DNA of 64,000 bases from the human T2T-CHM13v2.0 reference genome, Homo sapiens (GCF_009914755.1 NC_060926.1); one strand, 5' to 3'; positions 42,086 to 59,680 are shown, counted from the first letter of the stretch. Notes: generated by a model not told the origin, from the sequence alone. Translations and numbers: made by a program.

Positions 42086-42159
42086 ACCAAAATCTGAGAA
42101 CAAAGTGTTGTACTACATGATGCAGACACAATGTTCACCAAAACCAAAAGTTGGTATTT

Positions 42160-42552
42160 GAGCTCAAGTCAAGATGTTAGCAAGGCCACTTTCTCTACTG
42201 GAGGTTGTGGGGGAAAGTTTCTTCCTTTGCCTCTTCTGGCTTCTAGAGGCTGCCCATATTCCTTGGTTTTGTGGCCTCTTTTTCCATCTTCAAGGCCAGT
42301 AATGCTGCATCACTCTGACCATTCTCTTGTAGTCACATCTCCCTCTGAACACAGCTGGGAAAGGTCCTCCACTTTTAGGGACTCATCCAATTAGATTGGG
42401 CCTACATGAATAATCTGATATAATCTCCTCATCTTGAGGTCCTTAAGTTTAGTCACATCAGCAAGTCCCTTTCACCATGTAAGGCAGCATGGTCACAGAT
42501 TCCACAGATGAGAATGTGGATATCTTTGGGGAGCCATTGTTCTACCTGCCAC
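42160..42552 (-). mobile_element. MLT1 (ERVL-MaLR) LTR
   Basis: cttctagaggctgcc...gattgggcc...ataatctcc...gccattgttctacctgccaca. Confidence 0.75.
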
Positions 42553-45500
42553 AGCACTCCAGTTATTCAAGTGTGCATCAGGGTTGCAAATACCAGACTA
42601 AATGATATCAACAGGTTTTCTTGTATTCCAGAGATTCTATAATTCTGAGTTCTGAACCCAGTCCTGTTCTGAGTGCTTCGGGAAATTCAAGAGAGGGCAA
42701 AAATTCAGCTTTTGCTAACAGTCTAACTCAGAAGATAAGGCCAAGGCACAAGAAGCAGTTAAATAACTGTAAAAGTATGACAGAATAGAGTTTGAGTCTC
42801 TCTAACCTCCTTTATTCTTCTCCATCCTAATCTCTAATGAAAGGGGAATTTTTAAAACAATAATGTGTTGAATTTATGCCATGACAGTGATCAATGTTAT
42901 CCGATGGGGGGTTTGTATGTAGGTGCTGTACTCTTAAGAATTAGCGTATTAGTCTATTCACCATTGTCCTTCCAGGAGGGAGCCTGGAATGAGTTTCACT
43001 GTCTCAAACACAGCATGGAAGTGGGGCAGGATGCAGGTAGAACCCTGGGGAGGGCAGAGGGGTAGAAAGTAAAGGAGAGAATAAGGAAGGGAAGGAGACT
43101 GGGGCCTTTGGGTGTCCACTCAGGGCTGACTCTGATGGAATGAAAGACCTTATGGGGACAGTAAAGAAGTGATTTGCACCATCATCTGGACTCTAGATGT
43201 TTTCATCATCTTCCTGCATTAAGACCTAGGATGAGTAAGTTGGATAGTGGGTGGAACCTATAGAGGGGCAGAACAACAAGATTACATGAGGCTGTACTAC
43301 GTGCTGCTGTAAACATCCTTTCTGCTCGAGGGGTTTTGGTTTTTTCTCCAATATTGGAGATTTACACCCTCCCAAACTCTTCCTAAAGGCCAATTATGTG
43401 CCCAGTTCAGTGTTCAACCCAGCTCTATCTCTTTACGGCAAGAGTGGGTCTTAGTGCAACATATGTCTGCCCATCTGAATTGATATTTCTTTGGGATCTT
43501 CCACCCTCTCCACACTAATACACCCCCAACCACTGATTCCTGCTCATCTGTGGGACTTGGAAATATTTCACGGCACACAAGATGCATTGCTGGCCTTGTC
43601 CCCAAACTCCAACCTCCTAAATTGATTCCCATGCTTTCAGAAGCAGAATTGAAACAAAAGTTTTAAATGATTTGATGTGTCCCCATGTTCAAAAATCTTC
43701 ATTCCTCATAGGATAAATACTTGCGATACTAAGTTGTTAAAAAGGAGTTAAAACTGTGATTTTGCCAATGATATCAACTTTGTGTGATAATATGGAAAAT
43801 ATTTTATCTTAGCTGGTACATTTACCCTTTTGAGACTTCCAGAGCTTCAGCTCAAACTCCCTTTCCTGCCTCATTTCTCATGAAAAACATTAGTTTATCC
43901 CACACACTACCCTTAAACTACTCAACCTTTCTAAAACACATGCTAACATATTCACAATTCTGTACCTTTACTTTAAGTATGGAATACAAGAACCCCAAAA
44001 CCTTAAAAGCCACCAGTGGGGAATAAGCTTGGGGCTCTCCTTAAATGGTGCCCAAATAAATTTGAAGTCATCAGTTTCTTGAGGTTCCGCCTCCTCCAGC
44101 TTTACTCACCCCTTAGCCTGCAGACTGCCTGCCTGACTTCTTCCACCTCAAGCTGCCTGGTGTTTATTATAACCTGGGGACACCTGGATACAGTTGGAGA
44201 AAGGTAGGGAAAACAAATGTACACTGTGATTGCCCAAGGCCTTAATCTTACCACTCTGGGCTGGAAAAAGTCAGGAAAAGGCCTCCAAAGGCAAGTGACT
44301 AGAGTGTGATAAGCAGCTGAATTATTTTCTCTGTTAGTTAATAGCTAACTGGCTTGCCTCCTTTATTGCCCATACAAACCTGGCAGTCTTCCAGGTCTAC
44401 ATGGCTGTTTGCCTTTCCCATGGCAAGAAAGAAGGAGTTTTATTTCACCACATATGCAATAGAAGAACAAAACATTCAGCAGACAAGAGACAAGGAGGCC
44501 AGAGGAAACTGCTTCTACAAAACCATATACAGTGTTCCCTGGACTCAGTGGCTTAGGAGTTTAATGATTAGAATCAATCAATCACTTGTTCATTCAACAA
44601 ATATTTATTTAGCATCATTTATAAGTCTGGACCAGTGCTCAGTGGCGGGTTACAAGGGTGAGCAAAAGAGGCTCTCTGATACCTGGAGAGCAAAGACTCA
44701 ACTGGGGATGCCAAAGGAGCCCAGAAAAACCCGGCCACAGGTCTGACAACATAAAATTTAGCTTCACACAGGTTTGCATTTTTCTTTCTTATTCATTTAC
44801 CATAGACAAAAAGAGTAAATGTGGTCTGGGAATCAGGAGACCCAAAATTTTTGTCCTGGCATTGATTACATAAGACTTTTAAAAGTACAATTTCTCTTTG
44901 CATTAAATTTCTCATCTGCCAAGTGGCAACATTTATATCTACCCATCCTCTGGTCCAGAACTATTTCGAGGATCCAATGTGCATTGAAATTCCACTGGAC
45001 AATAGAAGATGCTGCTACATAAATATAGGATATTATCTGAATGCCTCAAATCCAGGCACCACAGTTATCATGGCCACAGCCTCGACTAGAATAATATGAA
45101 CCCTGTGAAGAGTTGAGAAAACCCAACTTATCACTGACAGCTTGAGCAACTGCAATGGTATTCATCCCCCTAGCCACATGGAGTCTGGCTCCTGTTGTAT
45201 CCCTGGCTAACAAAAAGTAATTCCTGCAGAGCCAACAATGCTTGTTATTTCCAGTCCCTGGATGGAGGAGACAGAACTCAAACTTATCTCTTGTATTAAA
45301 GTCATAGACAATATAGGAAAGATTTGTGGTTAAATCTTGAGCAGCCCTTGTAGACACTTGCCAAATAATGCTGCCTGTGAATAGGGGCCTAAAGTCTGCC
45401 TGTAATGAAGCACAGCTTGAATTTCACAAATATTTGGGCCCACTGGTGGAAGAAGCCAGAGAGCAAGGGCAGGCCCCTTTCCAGGTCAGCGGGAGACCTG

Positions 45501-45878
45501 AGGTCAGCACTTAAAACCTGTTACTGAATTGCTGATTATACTCTTTGGACCTGGTACCAAGTCCCTGTCTATGGGGATAACTGTGTAGAGAGAAAAGTAC
45601 ATTCCTGGGGACAAACAACCTAATCTAGGACATCCTGACACAGTGGGATATTTGTACATGTCAAAGCTGTCTTTTAAAAGAGATCCTGTCTTGTCAACTG
45701 ACACACTCTTAGGATTCCAGTCTACTTTTGTACTCAGTTTGAGGAATATAAATTGAGTACTCTGTTTTTAGGCATTAAAAAAACATCCTAAGAAAATAAT
45801 TCATCCATGCTTACAAAGATGTGCAAGGGAAAATAAGAACTGGTCTAGATGCCCAACGATGGGAATACTAGGTAGGTA

Positions 45879-46524
45879 TGTTAGTTTTCTACAGTGGGAG
45901 TAACAAATTACCACAAAGGTAATGTTGTTTAAAACAACACAAATTTATTCTCTTACTGTTCTGGAGGTCAGAAATCTAAAAGTTAGTGGGTGCAGTGCAC
46001 CAGCATGGCACATGTATACATATGTAACTAACCTGCACAATGTGCACATGTACCCTAAAACTTAAAGTATAATAAAAAAAATAAAAAAATAAAAAAATAA
46101 AAAAATTAAAAAAATTAAAAAAAAGAAATCTAAAATTAAGTTAAATCTAAATTAAAGTATTGGCAGTGATGCATCCCTTCTGGAGGCTCTAGGAGTGAAT
46201 CTTTATTTTTTCCAATTTCTAGAGGCCACCCACATTCCTTGGCTCCTGGCCGCTTCTTTCAGCTTTAAAGTATACCACTCCAACCTCTACTTCCGCCGTC
46301 ACTTCTTTTTTTAATTTGATCTTCCTGCCTCCTCCCTCTTATGTAGACCCTTATGATTACATTGGGCCCGCCTGAATAATCCAGGATAATCTCCCCATTT
46401 CAAGATCCTTACTTTAATCACATCTGGAAAGTCCCTTTTGCCATGTAAGGAGACATATTTACACATTTACACATTCCAGGATGAGGACCTAAACATCTTT
46501 AGGAGCTATTATTCTGTCTACCAT
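45879..46524 (-). mobile_element. MLT1 (ERVL-MaLR) LTR interrupted by an L1 stub
   Basis: taacaaattaccacaaa...tgttctggaggtcagaaatct...attattctgtctaccata. Confidence 0.75.
45982..46123 (+). mobile_element. Young L1 (L1PA2-like/non-Ta) 3' stub with patterned A tail
   Basis: GTTAGTGGGTGCAG...CACAATGTGCACATGTACCCTAAAACTTAAAGTATAATAAAA; TSD AGAAATCTAAAA at 45970-45981 and 46124-46135. Confidence 0.92.
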
Positions 46525-47454
46525 AGCAGGCATTAAATTAGTGATGTAGGGCCATTACGTCTGATCCAAACTTTATTTGGGGTGAGCTACCTCTAGGTAT
46601 AGATTGGAGGTGGGAATGTAGATGGTGAGTGGCAAGGAGCACAGATAAGCCCTCACCATAAGCTCTCTCCCTCATAATAGCTTTATCAATGATAAAGATG
46701 ATATAGATTATTTACTTAGCTCCTGTGTCTATTTCTCAAATAGGTCTGAAATCATTCAGGGAAAAGTGGGGTATGTTATTGGCCTCCCTATAACTTCAAC
46801 AGTGTGCATATGTAAGAGTTTCTTTTTTGCTTTCTTTTTTATCTTTTAAATTTCTTTTTTACTTTCTGGAAGTTATTGGTAGAGAACATGAGAGTGTCTT
46901 TAGGGTCAACATCTAATTGAATAATTGCTACCTGGGGCACATTGTAATTCCCATTCCCACTAGAAAATTATGTATTCTTCAATTGTTGAATCAGGGAGGC
47001 ATCATTATTTCTTGAGAAAGACATAGGAGTCAGAGTGATGCTGAAAAAAATTCATTCCTTATATATGATATACTTTTGAAGTTAAAAGATATGTATCATA
47101 TCTTTTATGATATGATAAACCTAAACCTACAGATGCAGGTTTAGTAAGTATTGAATGGAGCTTAGGCTTTAGGATCCTTGCTTGGACAAGTTCCTTCCAA
47201 GGCCTTCCAAAGGCCCCAAGCGATATCTTCACATACTCACAGGTTTCTACAAATGTATTCTTTCTCTTTCCTTTTTTTCTTTCTTTCTCTATTCTTCTTT
47301 CTTTCTCTTAAAGAAGCTCTATAAAATTAGCTCTGCCTTGCACCTCCTTATTCTTAAGGCTGATTAGAGAATATGGTCTGTGAACTTGCTAGAATTCACT
47401 CTGAATTGGTTAGCCCACAGTTCACTCCTTGACCTATATTTGTTTAATCTAGAG

Positions 47455-47640
47455 CAGTGTTCTCAAACTTAGCATGCCTCAGAATCACCCAGAAGACTTG
47501 TTAAAAAATGGGTTGTTAGACCTCATCCCCAGAGTTTCTGATTCAGTAGTTCTGAGATGGGGCTGCAAAATTTTCATTTCTAACGAGTTCCCAGGTAATG
47601 CTGATACTGCTGCCCAGGGAACACACTTTGAGAACCACTA
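47455..47640. mobile_element. MER5A (hAT-Charlie)
   Basis: TIRs cagtgttctcaaact ... actttgagaaccact; agaatcacc and ctgattcagtag cores. Confidence 0.8.
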
Positions 47641-48009
47641 ACATAGAGACTCACTATCAACAGATGCTTGAAATGACACCACTGTTGATGTTTCTGAATC
47701 TTGTGTCCCTCAGGCCCCAGTGAAGACCAATACCCCCACCATACACTGTGAATCCCAGAACAAAGCATTTTTTCAGTTTTTTACATTTTTTTAATACTTG
47801 GACTTTTTGGCCTGAAGCAGCAGCAGAAATGTTTGTATCTACCACATATTGTTTTCCACAGAAATAGGATATGTCTTTAGTGTTCTGCTTTCATGTTATT
47901 GCTGAACTTCTTCCAGAAAGTCTTAACTGCTTGGTTTTCTTTCTTTCTGACTCTTTCTTTTCTTTCTTCTTTCTTTTCTTTCTCTTTTTCTTTTCTTTTC
48001 CACTTTTTC

Positions 48010-48950
<941 letters not shown>

Positions 48951-50737
48951 TTTCAACTATATTTTTAACATTTTAACCTGCTTACTTTGGTTAGTATGGC
49001 AGATATATTTTCCATATAGCTTCTTTTTTGCCTATTCTTTCTTGTCAGTAGAATCCTATGTTGTTTCTTTTTTAGGGTGGGAGGGGGAGTGGCCATGAGC
49101 CCAGGGAATGGATCATGACTGTTAAAAGCCACTTAAAACAATTCTGTTCTCTACCTTCTCAGCATTCCTTTCAGCAAGGTGTGACTGTTGGATCCAGTCC
49201 TGGCCAATGAGACATAAGTCCAAATCAAACATAGGGGCTTCTGGGAGAGCTTTTACTTTTTTGCCGTAAAGGGACAAGTATATTCTTTAAGCTTATTCCC
49301 TTCATTCTATCTTCATTGTGGACATGATGTCTGGGACTGCAGAAGAAGTGTTCTTTCTCCCAGATCCACATTTTAGAATTCAAGATAAAGACTCTGATCA
49401 TTGCAATTTGAATCATGTGCCTACCTCTCAAGTTGTTTTTTCTGTTGAATGTTTTGGTTTCTGTCTTTGGTGTTAGAGGCTTTCCTTGAATTTTCTAACA
49501 GTCTTTAGTTGTCTGCCTATTTTTAAGACAGAGGGTCTAAAAACACAAAACAGTACCCAGGTAAAACTTGTTTACTGTATGCTTCACTGCAGGGTTGATC
49601 TGGCTGGGCCACTTAGTCGTAGAACTTGGCTGCCCACACATTCAGGTTTTCCCCGTTGCGCCGGTCAGATTCCGCCGAGAAGATTCTCCCAGTCTACTGC
49701 TCAGAAGGTGGAGGTCTAACTACCAGTGCTTTAAGGCTTGGGTAACCAGCTCATCCTTGTTTGCTCAGGCCTATCATAATTTTAAAATAGACCCCATCTT
49801 GGGAATGCCTTAGGTCTAAAGAAAATTGTAATGATTCAACACACTATGTCACCTTTCTGGGAGCTAAGTAGGGAAAGAGGGTTGGGTGATCTTGTCATTT
49901 TGCATGCTCACATTCAGATAATGACACTGTTTTTAGTAGGCTACCCACCTTCAAATGTGCCTGCTGTCCCTTAGAGTAGAGACCTTCTGTTTTACTCATT
50001 CCAGAGAATAAATTTCCAGTCTTGTCCTGTAACTGGGGGAGAATGGAGCAAGACCCATTCAATCCTTGAACAGACTGTCAACCAACCCCCTTGTTTCAAC
50101 CCTTATTTCCAGACCTGTGTGGTGCCACAAATTCCAGAGGCTTGAAGGATTCTATTATGTATATTAGTTGGTTATTTTCTTTTCTCACTATTGCTTAGAG
50201 TCCACCTTTATTTTTTGTTAAATCACTTACTATTCATATTTCATATTTTTGTTTCTTTTCCCATTCTTCTAATTTTTCTGAGTTTCCAACTTTAAAGAAA
50301 TTCTTTTAGTGGGGTTTTAAGAAGAAATAAAATTAGTTTGGTATAGTCAAAATGCCATATTGCTCTTACATCTATGGGAATAATCTTGTCATACACTTTT
50401 TATCCAAATACCTAAGTGCCTCGGGGAATGAATTCTCAGAGCTTACTGCTATTGCCCACTGTGTGTCACTATCTTCTTACCATTTGAAACCACAATTTCT
50501 GGAGTCTTTCTAGTATTAACTTACTGAGTTCCAATATGTCTAAAGATAATAAAAAATAATGACACAAACTACAAAATCATAACACAAGCAAAAGCTGACA
50601 GCAATGAGAAATTTTCTAGAAGATTCAGTCTCCTAAAATAAAAATGGTACTTTATCTTGACATGGTGACCGCTTTCTATATATACTGTATATTCTATATA
50701 TTTTTCTATATACTACATGTATATATATTTACTATAG

Positions 50738-50892
50738 CAGGGGTTGGGAAATCTTTACTTTAAAGGACCAGATAGTAAATATTTTTATTTACTATTTTAA
50801 AGGGGCATGGCTATGATCCAGTGAAACTTTATTTACAAAAACACAGGTAGAAGTCTGGATTTGACCCATAGATTAGAGTTTGCTAATCCCTG
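50738..50892. mobile_element. MER58A-like fragment
   Basis: caggggttgggaaa...gatagtaaatattt...tttatttacaaaaac...gtttgctaatccctg. Confidence 0.65.
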
Positions 50893-52507
50893 CTCTGTGC
50901 TATATGTAGATAATATATGTATACAAATTCTGTACCATAAATATAGACTATATACCGTATGTATATTTTTAAACAAAATGAAATAATGTATAATATTCTG
51001 AAACTCACATTTTCACTTAGCAGTATATTGAGTATATTGCCCCATGTCATGTCAATACATATAACTCTCCTTCATCGTTTTAATTGGCTAGAGCAACTTA
51101 TTGGGAATCATAGTTTAGATACTATATTTTATTTAAATGTAGCTTCCATTAAAATCCTTAAATAAATATCTTTGTGCCTCTGATCACATATTTTTAAAGT
51201 CAAATTTATAAAAGAGGAACTACCTTTAAAAGATACACGTAGCTTTCAAAACTCAACAAATGCTGAAAAAATTCTCTCCAAGATGCTAATTTGAACTCTA
51301 TAAGCAAAAATCGTTGGCTGAGCCTACATAGTTTAAATTCCTGGAGTTAAAAAGTTATGTAAATGAGTCATCACTGAAAGGCTCCAGAAGGAATCGGCGC
51401 CAGAAGACTGGATGGCTATACAAGTGACGCAGATGGTCCAAGAGGAAGCTAGGCTGGGACATCCTTGGTAGACACAACAGCTTCAGGCCCAAAGATGAGT
51501 AAAGGGGTGAGATGCTGATATCAAATATTCTAACAAGGATAACTGATATGAAACTGGTCCATGATAGGCTGTTTGTTCAGTTTGAAGAGACTGTGACAAC
51601 AAGCAAGGCTCCCCACCAAGGCACACAAGGTGTATTATGGTCAAGCACGAGGAACTAAGGCCACAGTAAGAACAGGAGTGGTTGTCATTAGTTTGAGTTT
51701 GGAGTCAAAGGCAAGACAGAATGGACAGAGTGAGATCAGAGGCAGCAGTTGCGTTTTGCAGGTTTTCCCTGTCAGCCACACTGAGGGAAGGGCTGTCTTT
51801 GTGAAAGGATGTGGTCCTAGGAGAAGGGGATCGGGGACAAGAGTCTGGCTGCACTGGAGACAAAGGTCCAAAAAACCTCAGCCCAGGACTCACACGTTGG
51901 TCTCTCTCTGAGAGCTCAGGACACTATTAGTGGTAGCATATGAATCATCTGAGGCCCTGGGACCATCAATGTTGATTTGTTTGCCGGATACAGGTTCTCT
52001 ATAATGTAGCATTTGACGAAGACCATGACTAATATCCTGATTTTCAGGAAGCAAAAAGGAGACATTAGCAGAATTTCTAGATGAAGGGGAATCATTTTCC
52101 TACTGTACTCATTATGTCACATCACATCGAAAATCCCACTTTCAGTCCCAAGAGCCATTTTTAGTGTAGAATTACTAAAGAGAGTTCTGCAAAAATATCA
52201 TACACGGACTAAAGAAACTGGAAGGTTAGGAGGGAGAGATTTAAAGAAGGAAAATTAAGAGTAGAATAATATCTGCATTCAAACATTAGAAAAAAACACG
52301 GGGACAGTTTGTAGAAGTGACTAGAGAGTAGATTTTGACATCTACCCAAAACAGAACTTTCTGAAAATTAGAACTATCTAACAGAGGCACAGATATAATG
52401 CATTTCCTGTAACTGGATGTGATCAAAGATGAGAAACTCACCTTCCAGGCACCATTCCAGCCTTCCATATCCAGCAGACTTACTGGACACCAATTCTGTT
52501 CTCCATG

Positions 52508-52846
52508 GCAGCACTTCTAAAATTTAATATGAACTGAACCACCTGGGAATTATTAAAATACAGATTGATTCGTGAGGTCTGGAGCAGGATCTGAGATTCT
52601 GCATGACTAGCAAGCTCTCAGGTGATGCCAATGCTGCTAGTCAATGGATCACACCTTGAATAGCAAGCTGCTGTGGCAGAGGCTCTCAGATGTGTCTCTG
52701 TGGAATCACCTGGGGTAGGGGACACTTTAGAAAAACTATCAATGTCTGGATCTCTCACTCTTAGAGAGTTTAATTCATATGATGTGTGGCCTGGGCATCA
52801 GAATTTTTCAAAGTTCTCTAAGTGATCTTAATATGCAACTAAGTTT
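52508..52846. mobile_element. Two adjacent MER5-family elements
   Basis: cacctggg...attctgcat...tagcaagctctcaggtgatgcc and gaatcacctgggg...gtgatcttaatatgca. Confidence 0.6.
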
Positions 52847-52861
52847 AAATGCCCTTTGACC

Positions 52862-53156
<295 letters not shown>

Positions 53157-54379
53157 TGACCTTTTCAAATCACAAAAACACTAACTTAGAGATCACCTCT
53201 GCAAAGACCTTTAAGTCTTGAAATGTAATTATCTAGGCTTGGCAGGGCTCATCACTCATACATATTCACATTGGTTCAATATTTTGAAGGAAAACTTTAT
53301 AATAATTATTAATTCTCATAACTAATGGGGCATTAGACCATATAATGCCTCAAGTTCCTTTCAGATTTAAGAAACCATTGCCCTGATACAAAATCTGGTA
53401 ATGCATATATTTGACCACGAGGTGGTGATGAAGCAACAGAATACGATATCACAAACCCCTCAGAAAGTTAAGCAGCCCGTGACTTATGCCAACACTTAAG
53501 AGTGCCCCACTTGCAGACTATGTCTAATTCTCATCTTTGAGAGGTGATTGGTCACAGACTCTTTTAAGAATCTTATCAACGTTACAGACAAAGAAATACA
53601 CGCACACAAACATGAATACAATTGTAAGCAGTTCACAGACCCTGAAATTACACTGGACAGCCAAGGCTGAAGAGACATTAACTCCCGTATAAATTATATG
53701 ACGCCTCTCCCACTCCCACCTCCACGCTTCTCAGCAGCTGACCACATCTCCTGCTTCAGAGAGGAAATAGAATAAATAAGGCCCCAAATCTATCACTTTA
53801 CCTAACCCACTGCCACCTTTCTTCCATCTACATGGGACAGATGTCATTTCTTTTTATCAAAAACTAAATCTTTCAGCAGTGCTCCTGATCCATTTCATCC
53901 TGGCCTCCACCAAGTTCATGGTCCCTCCACTTTAAGCCTTCTTATGCTAATTTAAAAGTAACTAATTTTTTCATTGTAAAAGTAGGATATGGTCTTTATT
54001 TTTAAACACACAGAATAGCAAAGGGCATCACATAAAAATAACCATAAATCTCCTAAATATTTATGTTTTTCTTCTATGTAGTTTCTGAGTTTATATATAT
54101 TCTGGGCTTACAAAAATATAATCATGTTATGCAAACTGTTTTATGACATTAATACTTAATGTAACTTTAAAATATTTTCATCTTTATATTTCTTCACCTG
54201 CAGATGTGGTTCTAAACCAGAGATATTCATGTGAATCACCTATAAGAATTTTTCAAGCAAATACTTGCCTGGGTGCCAATGCCAAAGATTCTAATTCATC
54301 AGATCTGGCATGAGTCCTGGAAATCTGTATGTTTAGAAACTCCCACCTGTGATTTTGAGGTCTAATACTAGAAATATAA

Positions 54380-55200
<821 letters not shown>

Positions 55201-58200
55201 GGCAATTTACTGACTGTGTAGCCTTGGAAGAGTAAGTTTACCTCTCTGAATCTTAGCTGTGAAATAGGATTACCAACCCAGAATTTTAAGCCATTGAACT
55301 GCCGTAGGATTCTCTGTCATAGGCTATTGCTAGGGTGTATTTAAAACAGTAAAAACAAGTTGGCAAATTGGATTTTTATAAGCTCAGAACATTAGTATGA
55401 TAACATATTTTTATGAGTAGGCATACTGTAATTTAGCAACAAAATCATTATTGAATAACCAAAGGCCTAACATTAGGATGAAAATAAGCAGAAAGGAACC
55501 AGGTAAGAGTATTAAGGCATCTGGGCAAACTGGCAATAGATGGCATTAGAATTGCAGCCACAGACCCAAAAGTGATCCCTGAAAAGCAACATGGCCTCCA
55601 GATCTCAGCTTGTCCCTACCCTTTGGCATATTGCCCACATCCCTAGAAGAGGTCTTGGCCCTTCCCAGCCCTTCCGTTCTCCACCATGAGCTCTGGGCCA
55701 TGTACACTATGTACAGCAAGGTCCTTCCAGACAAGATAGGTTTCTGTACCTAAACTTCCATAGGGCCACCAATCAGGTACTGCAGAAAACCAAACAACTT
55801 GTCCTGAATCTCTGTGCTTCATTCTGTACTTCCCAAAGGTCTTGCAGAGACTAGATACTACAGCTGGGATATTTTCCCAATCCCTCTTCCATGAATCTGT
55901 AGGCTAAGGGACCAAGGAGTCTCATGCTAGGTCACACCAGTTTTGACACTAATAGAGTTCTCAAACTCACTTTTTTGGCAGCATGTCTAGACATCACCCT
56001 GTCTTTAGACTCTCAGCCTTACTCTTCAGAGCACCTGGCCCTGATGTATTGCTTATTCAGAGCAGGCTCAAAAAGGCTTCTTGGTGTGCATAAAGCCCTA
56101 GTATTTGTTTGAATCATTTTACATTTGCTTCATCAAAAAATTCTAAATCTAAAGCTTTTTTTGTTTTTAGAATAGAAACCTGCTCAAGTAAAAAAAAAAA
56201 ATTTGAGAAGTTGGGTTTCTTTTAAAACTGAGTAATTTAGTGAGGTTGTGGAAAACACCCAGATTCAAGCCAAAGGCCTCCTGCTTCTAAAGTGACAGTG
56301 AGCAGAATTCAAAAGCAGCAAAAATAAGCAAGAGCACACTGCATTTTGTACTGCTCAGACCCAGAGTCCCATCTCAGCACCTGCCCTGCTATTCATGTGC
56401 TACTTTTTTTTTTTTAAATAGCACCACAGCCTCAGACATGGGGTTCACATTCCTCTTATTTGGTGGCTGTCACCCCTCACTGTCCCTTAGGTTTTTCCTT
56501 ACTGACTGGGTTAGCTGTCAAATGGTAAAGTCTCTTATCTTTCATCTTCCCAATTGTCACCAAAGAGAGGCACACATCCATTTGCTGTTTTTAAATTTTT
56601 TTAATGTTGTGGGTGCATTGTAGGTACTTATATTTATGGGGTACATGAGATGTTTTGACACAGGGATGCAATGGGAATAAGCACTTCATGGAGAATGGAG
56701 TATCCATCCCCTCAAGCATTTATCCTTTAAGTTGCAAACAATCCAATTTACACTCTACAAATTATTTTAAAATGTACAATTAAGTTATTACTGATTATAG
56801 TCACCCTGTTGTGCTATCAAATAGTGGGTCTTATTCATTCTTTCTATTTTTTGGTACCCATTAACCATCCCCACCTCCCCACACACCCCCCACTACCCTT
56901 CCCAGTCTCTGGTAACCATCCTTCTACTCTGTGTATCCATGAGTTCAATTGTTTTGATTTTCAGATCCCATAAATAAGTGAGAACATGCAATGTTTGTCT
57001 TTCTGTGCCTGGCTTATTTCACTTAACATAATGATTTCAGTTCTACCCATGTTGTTGCAAATGACTGGATCTCATTCTTTTTATGGCTAAATAGTACTCC
57101 ATTGTGTATGCATACCACATTTTCTTTATCCATTCATCTGTTGATGGACACTTAGGTTGCTTCCACATCTTATCTATTGTAAACAGTGCTGGAACAAACA
57201 TAGGAGTACAGATATCTCTTCAATATACTGATTTCCTTTCTTTTGGATATATCCAGCAGTGGGATTGCTGGAGCATATGTTAGCTCAATTTTTAGTTTTT
57301 TGAGGAACCTCCAAACAGTTCTCCATAGTGGTTGTACTAATTTGGATTCCCGCCATCACTGTACAAGGGTTCCCTTTTCTCCACATCCCCCAGAGTTTGT
57401 TATTGCCTATCTTTGGGATATAAGCCATTTTCACTGGGGTGAAATGACATCTCATAGTAGTTTTGATTTACATTGATGATCAAGGATGTGGAACACCTTT
57501 TCATATGCCTGTTTGACATTTGTGCATCTTCTTTTGAGAAATGTCTATTCAAACCTTTTGCCCATTTTTTTGATCAGGTTATTAGTTTTTTTTTTTTCCA
57601 ATAGAGTTGTTTTAGTTCCTTATATATTCCGGTTAGTAATCTTGTCAAATGGGTAGTTTGCAACCATTCTGTGAGTTGTCTCTTCACTTTGTTATCGTAC
57701 CCTTTGCTGTGCAGAAGCTTTTTAACTTGATGTGATCCCATTTGTCCATGTTTGCTTTGGTTGCCTGCGCTTGTGGGGTATTGCTCAAGAAATGTTTTTT
57801 CCGAGACCAATGTCCTGGAGATTTTCCCCAATGCTTTCTCATAGCAGTTTCATAGTCTGAAGTCTTAGATGTAGCTCTCTAATCCATTTTTATTTGATTT
57901 TTGTATATGGTGAGAGATGGGGGTCTAGTCTCATTATTCTGCATATGAATATCCAGTTTTTCCAGCATCATTTATTGAAGAGATTGTCTTTCCCCAGTGT
58001 ATGTTCTTGGCATCTTTGTCCAAAATGAGTTCACTATAGGTGTGTGGATTTGTTTCTGGGTTCTCTATTCTGTTCCATCGTCTATGTGTTTGTTTTTATG
58101 CCAGTACCATGCTGTTATGGTTACTATAGCTCTGTAGTATAAACTGAAGTCAGGTAATGTGATTCCTCAAGTTTTGCTCTTTTTGCTCAGGATAGCTTTG

Positions 58201-59328
58201 GCTACTCTGGGTCTTTTTATGGTTCCAGATAAATTTTAGGATTGTCTTTTCTATTTCTGTGAAGAATGTCATTGATAATTTGATAGGGATTCCATTGAAA
58301 CTGTAGCTTACTTTAGGTAGTATAGATATTTTAACAATATTGATTCTTCCAATCCATGAACATGGAATATTTTTCCATTTTTTGGTGTCCTCTTCAACTT
58401 CTTTCATCAGTGTTTCATACTTTTCATTATAGAAATCTTTCAGTGGTTTGGTTAATTCCTAGGGAATTAATTTATTTGTGGCTATTATAAATGAGATTAC
58501 TTTTTAATTTCTTTTTCAGATTGTTCACTGTTGGCATATAGAAATTCTACTGATTTTTGTATGTTGATTTTTGTATCCTGCAACTTTACTGAATTTGGTT
58601 ATCAGTACTAATAGTTTTTTTGTGGAGTCTTTACATTTTTTCATATATAAGATCATACTGTCTGCAAAGAAGGATAATTTGACTTATTCCTTTCCAATTT
58701 GGATGTCTTTTATGTCTTTCTCTTGTCTGATTGCTCTAGCTAAGACTTCCAGTACTATGCTGAATAACAGTGAGAAAAGTTGGCATCCTTGTCATGTTCC
58801 AGATCATAGAGGAAAGGCTTTTGATTTTTTCCCAATCATTATGACACTAGCTATGGGTCTGTCATTTATGGTTTTTATTATGTTGAGATAGTTCATTCTA
58901 TCCCCAGTTTTTTGAGGGGTTTTATCATGAAGGGATGTTGAATTTTATCAAATGCTTTTTCAGCATCAATTGAAATGATCATATGGTTGTGTCCTTTCTT
59001 CTGTTGATATGGTGTATCACATTGATTCATTTGCATATGTTGGGTCATCCGTACATCCCAAGGATAAGTCCCACTTGGTTGTAATGAATGATCTTTCTAA
59101 TGTATTGTTGAATTTAGTTTGCTAGTATTTTACTGAGGATTTCTTACATCAAAATTTATCAGCAATATTAGCCTGTAGTTTTCTTTTTTTAAAATGGGTC
59201 TTTCTCTGGTTTTGGTATCAGTGTAATACTGGCCTTGCAGAATGGGTTTGGAAGTATTCCGTCCTTTCCTAGTTTTTGGAATAGTTTGAGTAGGATTGGG
59301 ATTAGTTCTTCTTTAAAAGTTTGGTAAA

Positions 59329-59680
<352 letters not shown>

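Noticed and set aside
51360-51435. AP-1 (TGAGTCA) and CRE-like (TGACGCA) motifs as an enhancer
   Set aside because: Short motifs expected by chance in 64 kb; no supporting evidence.
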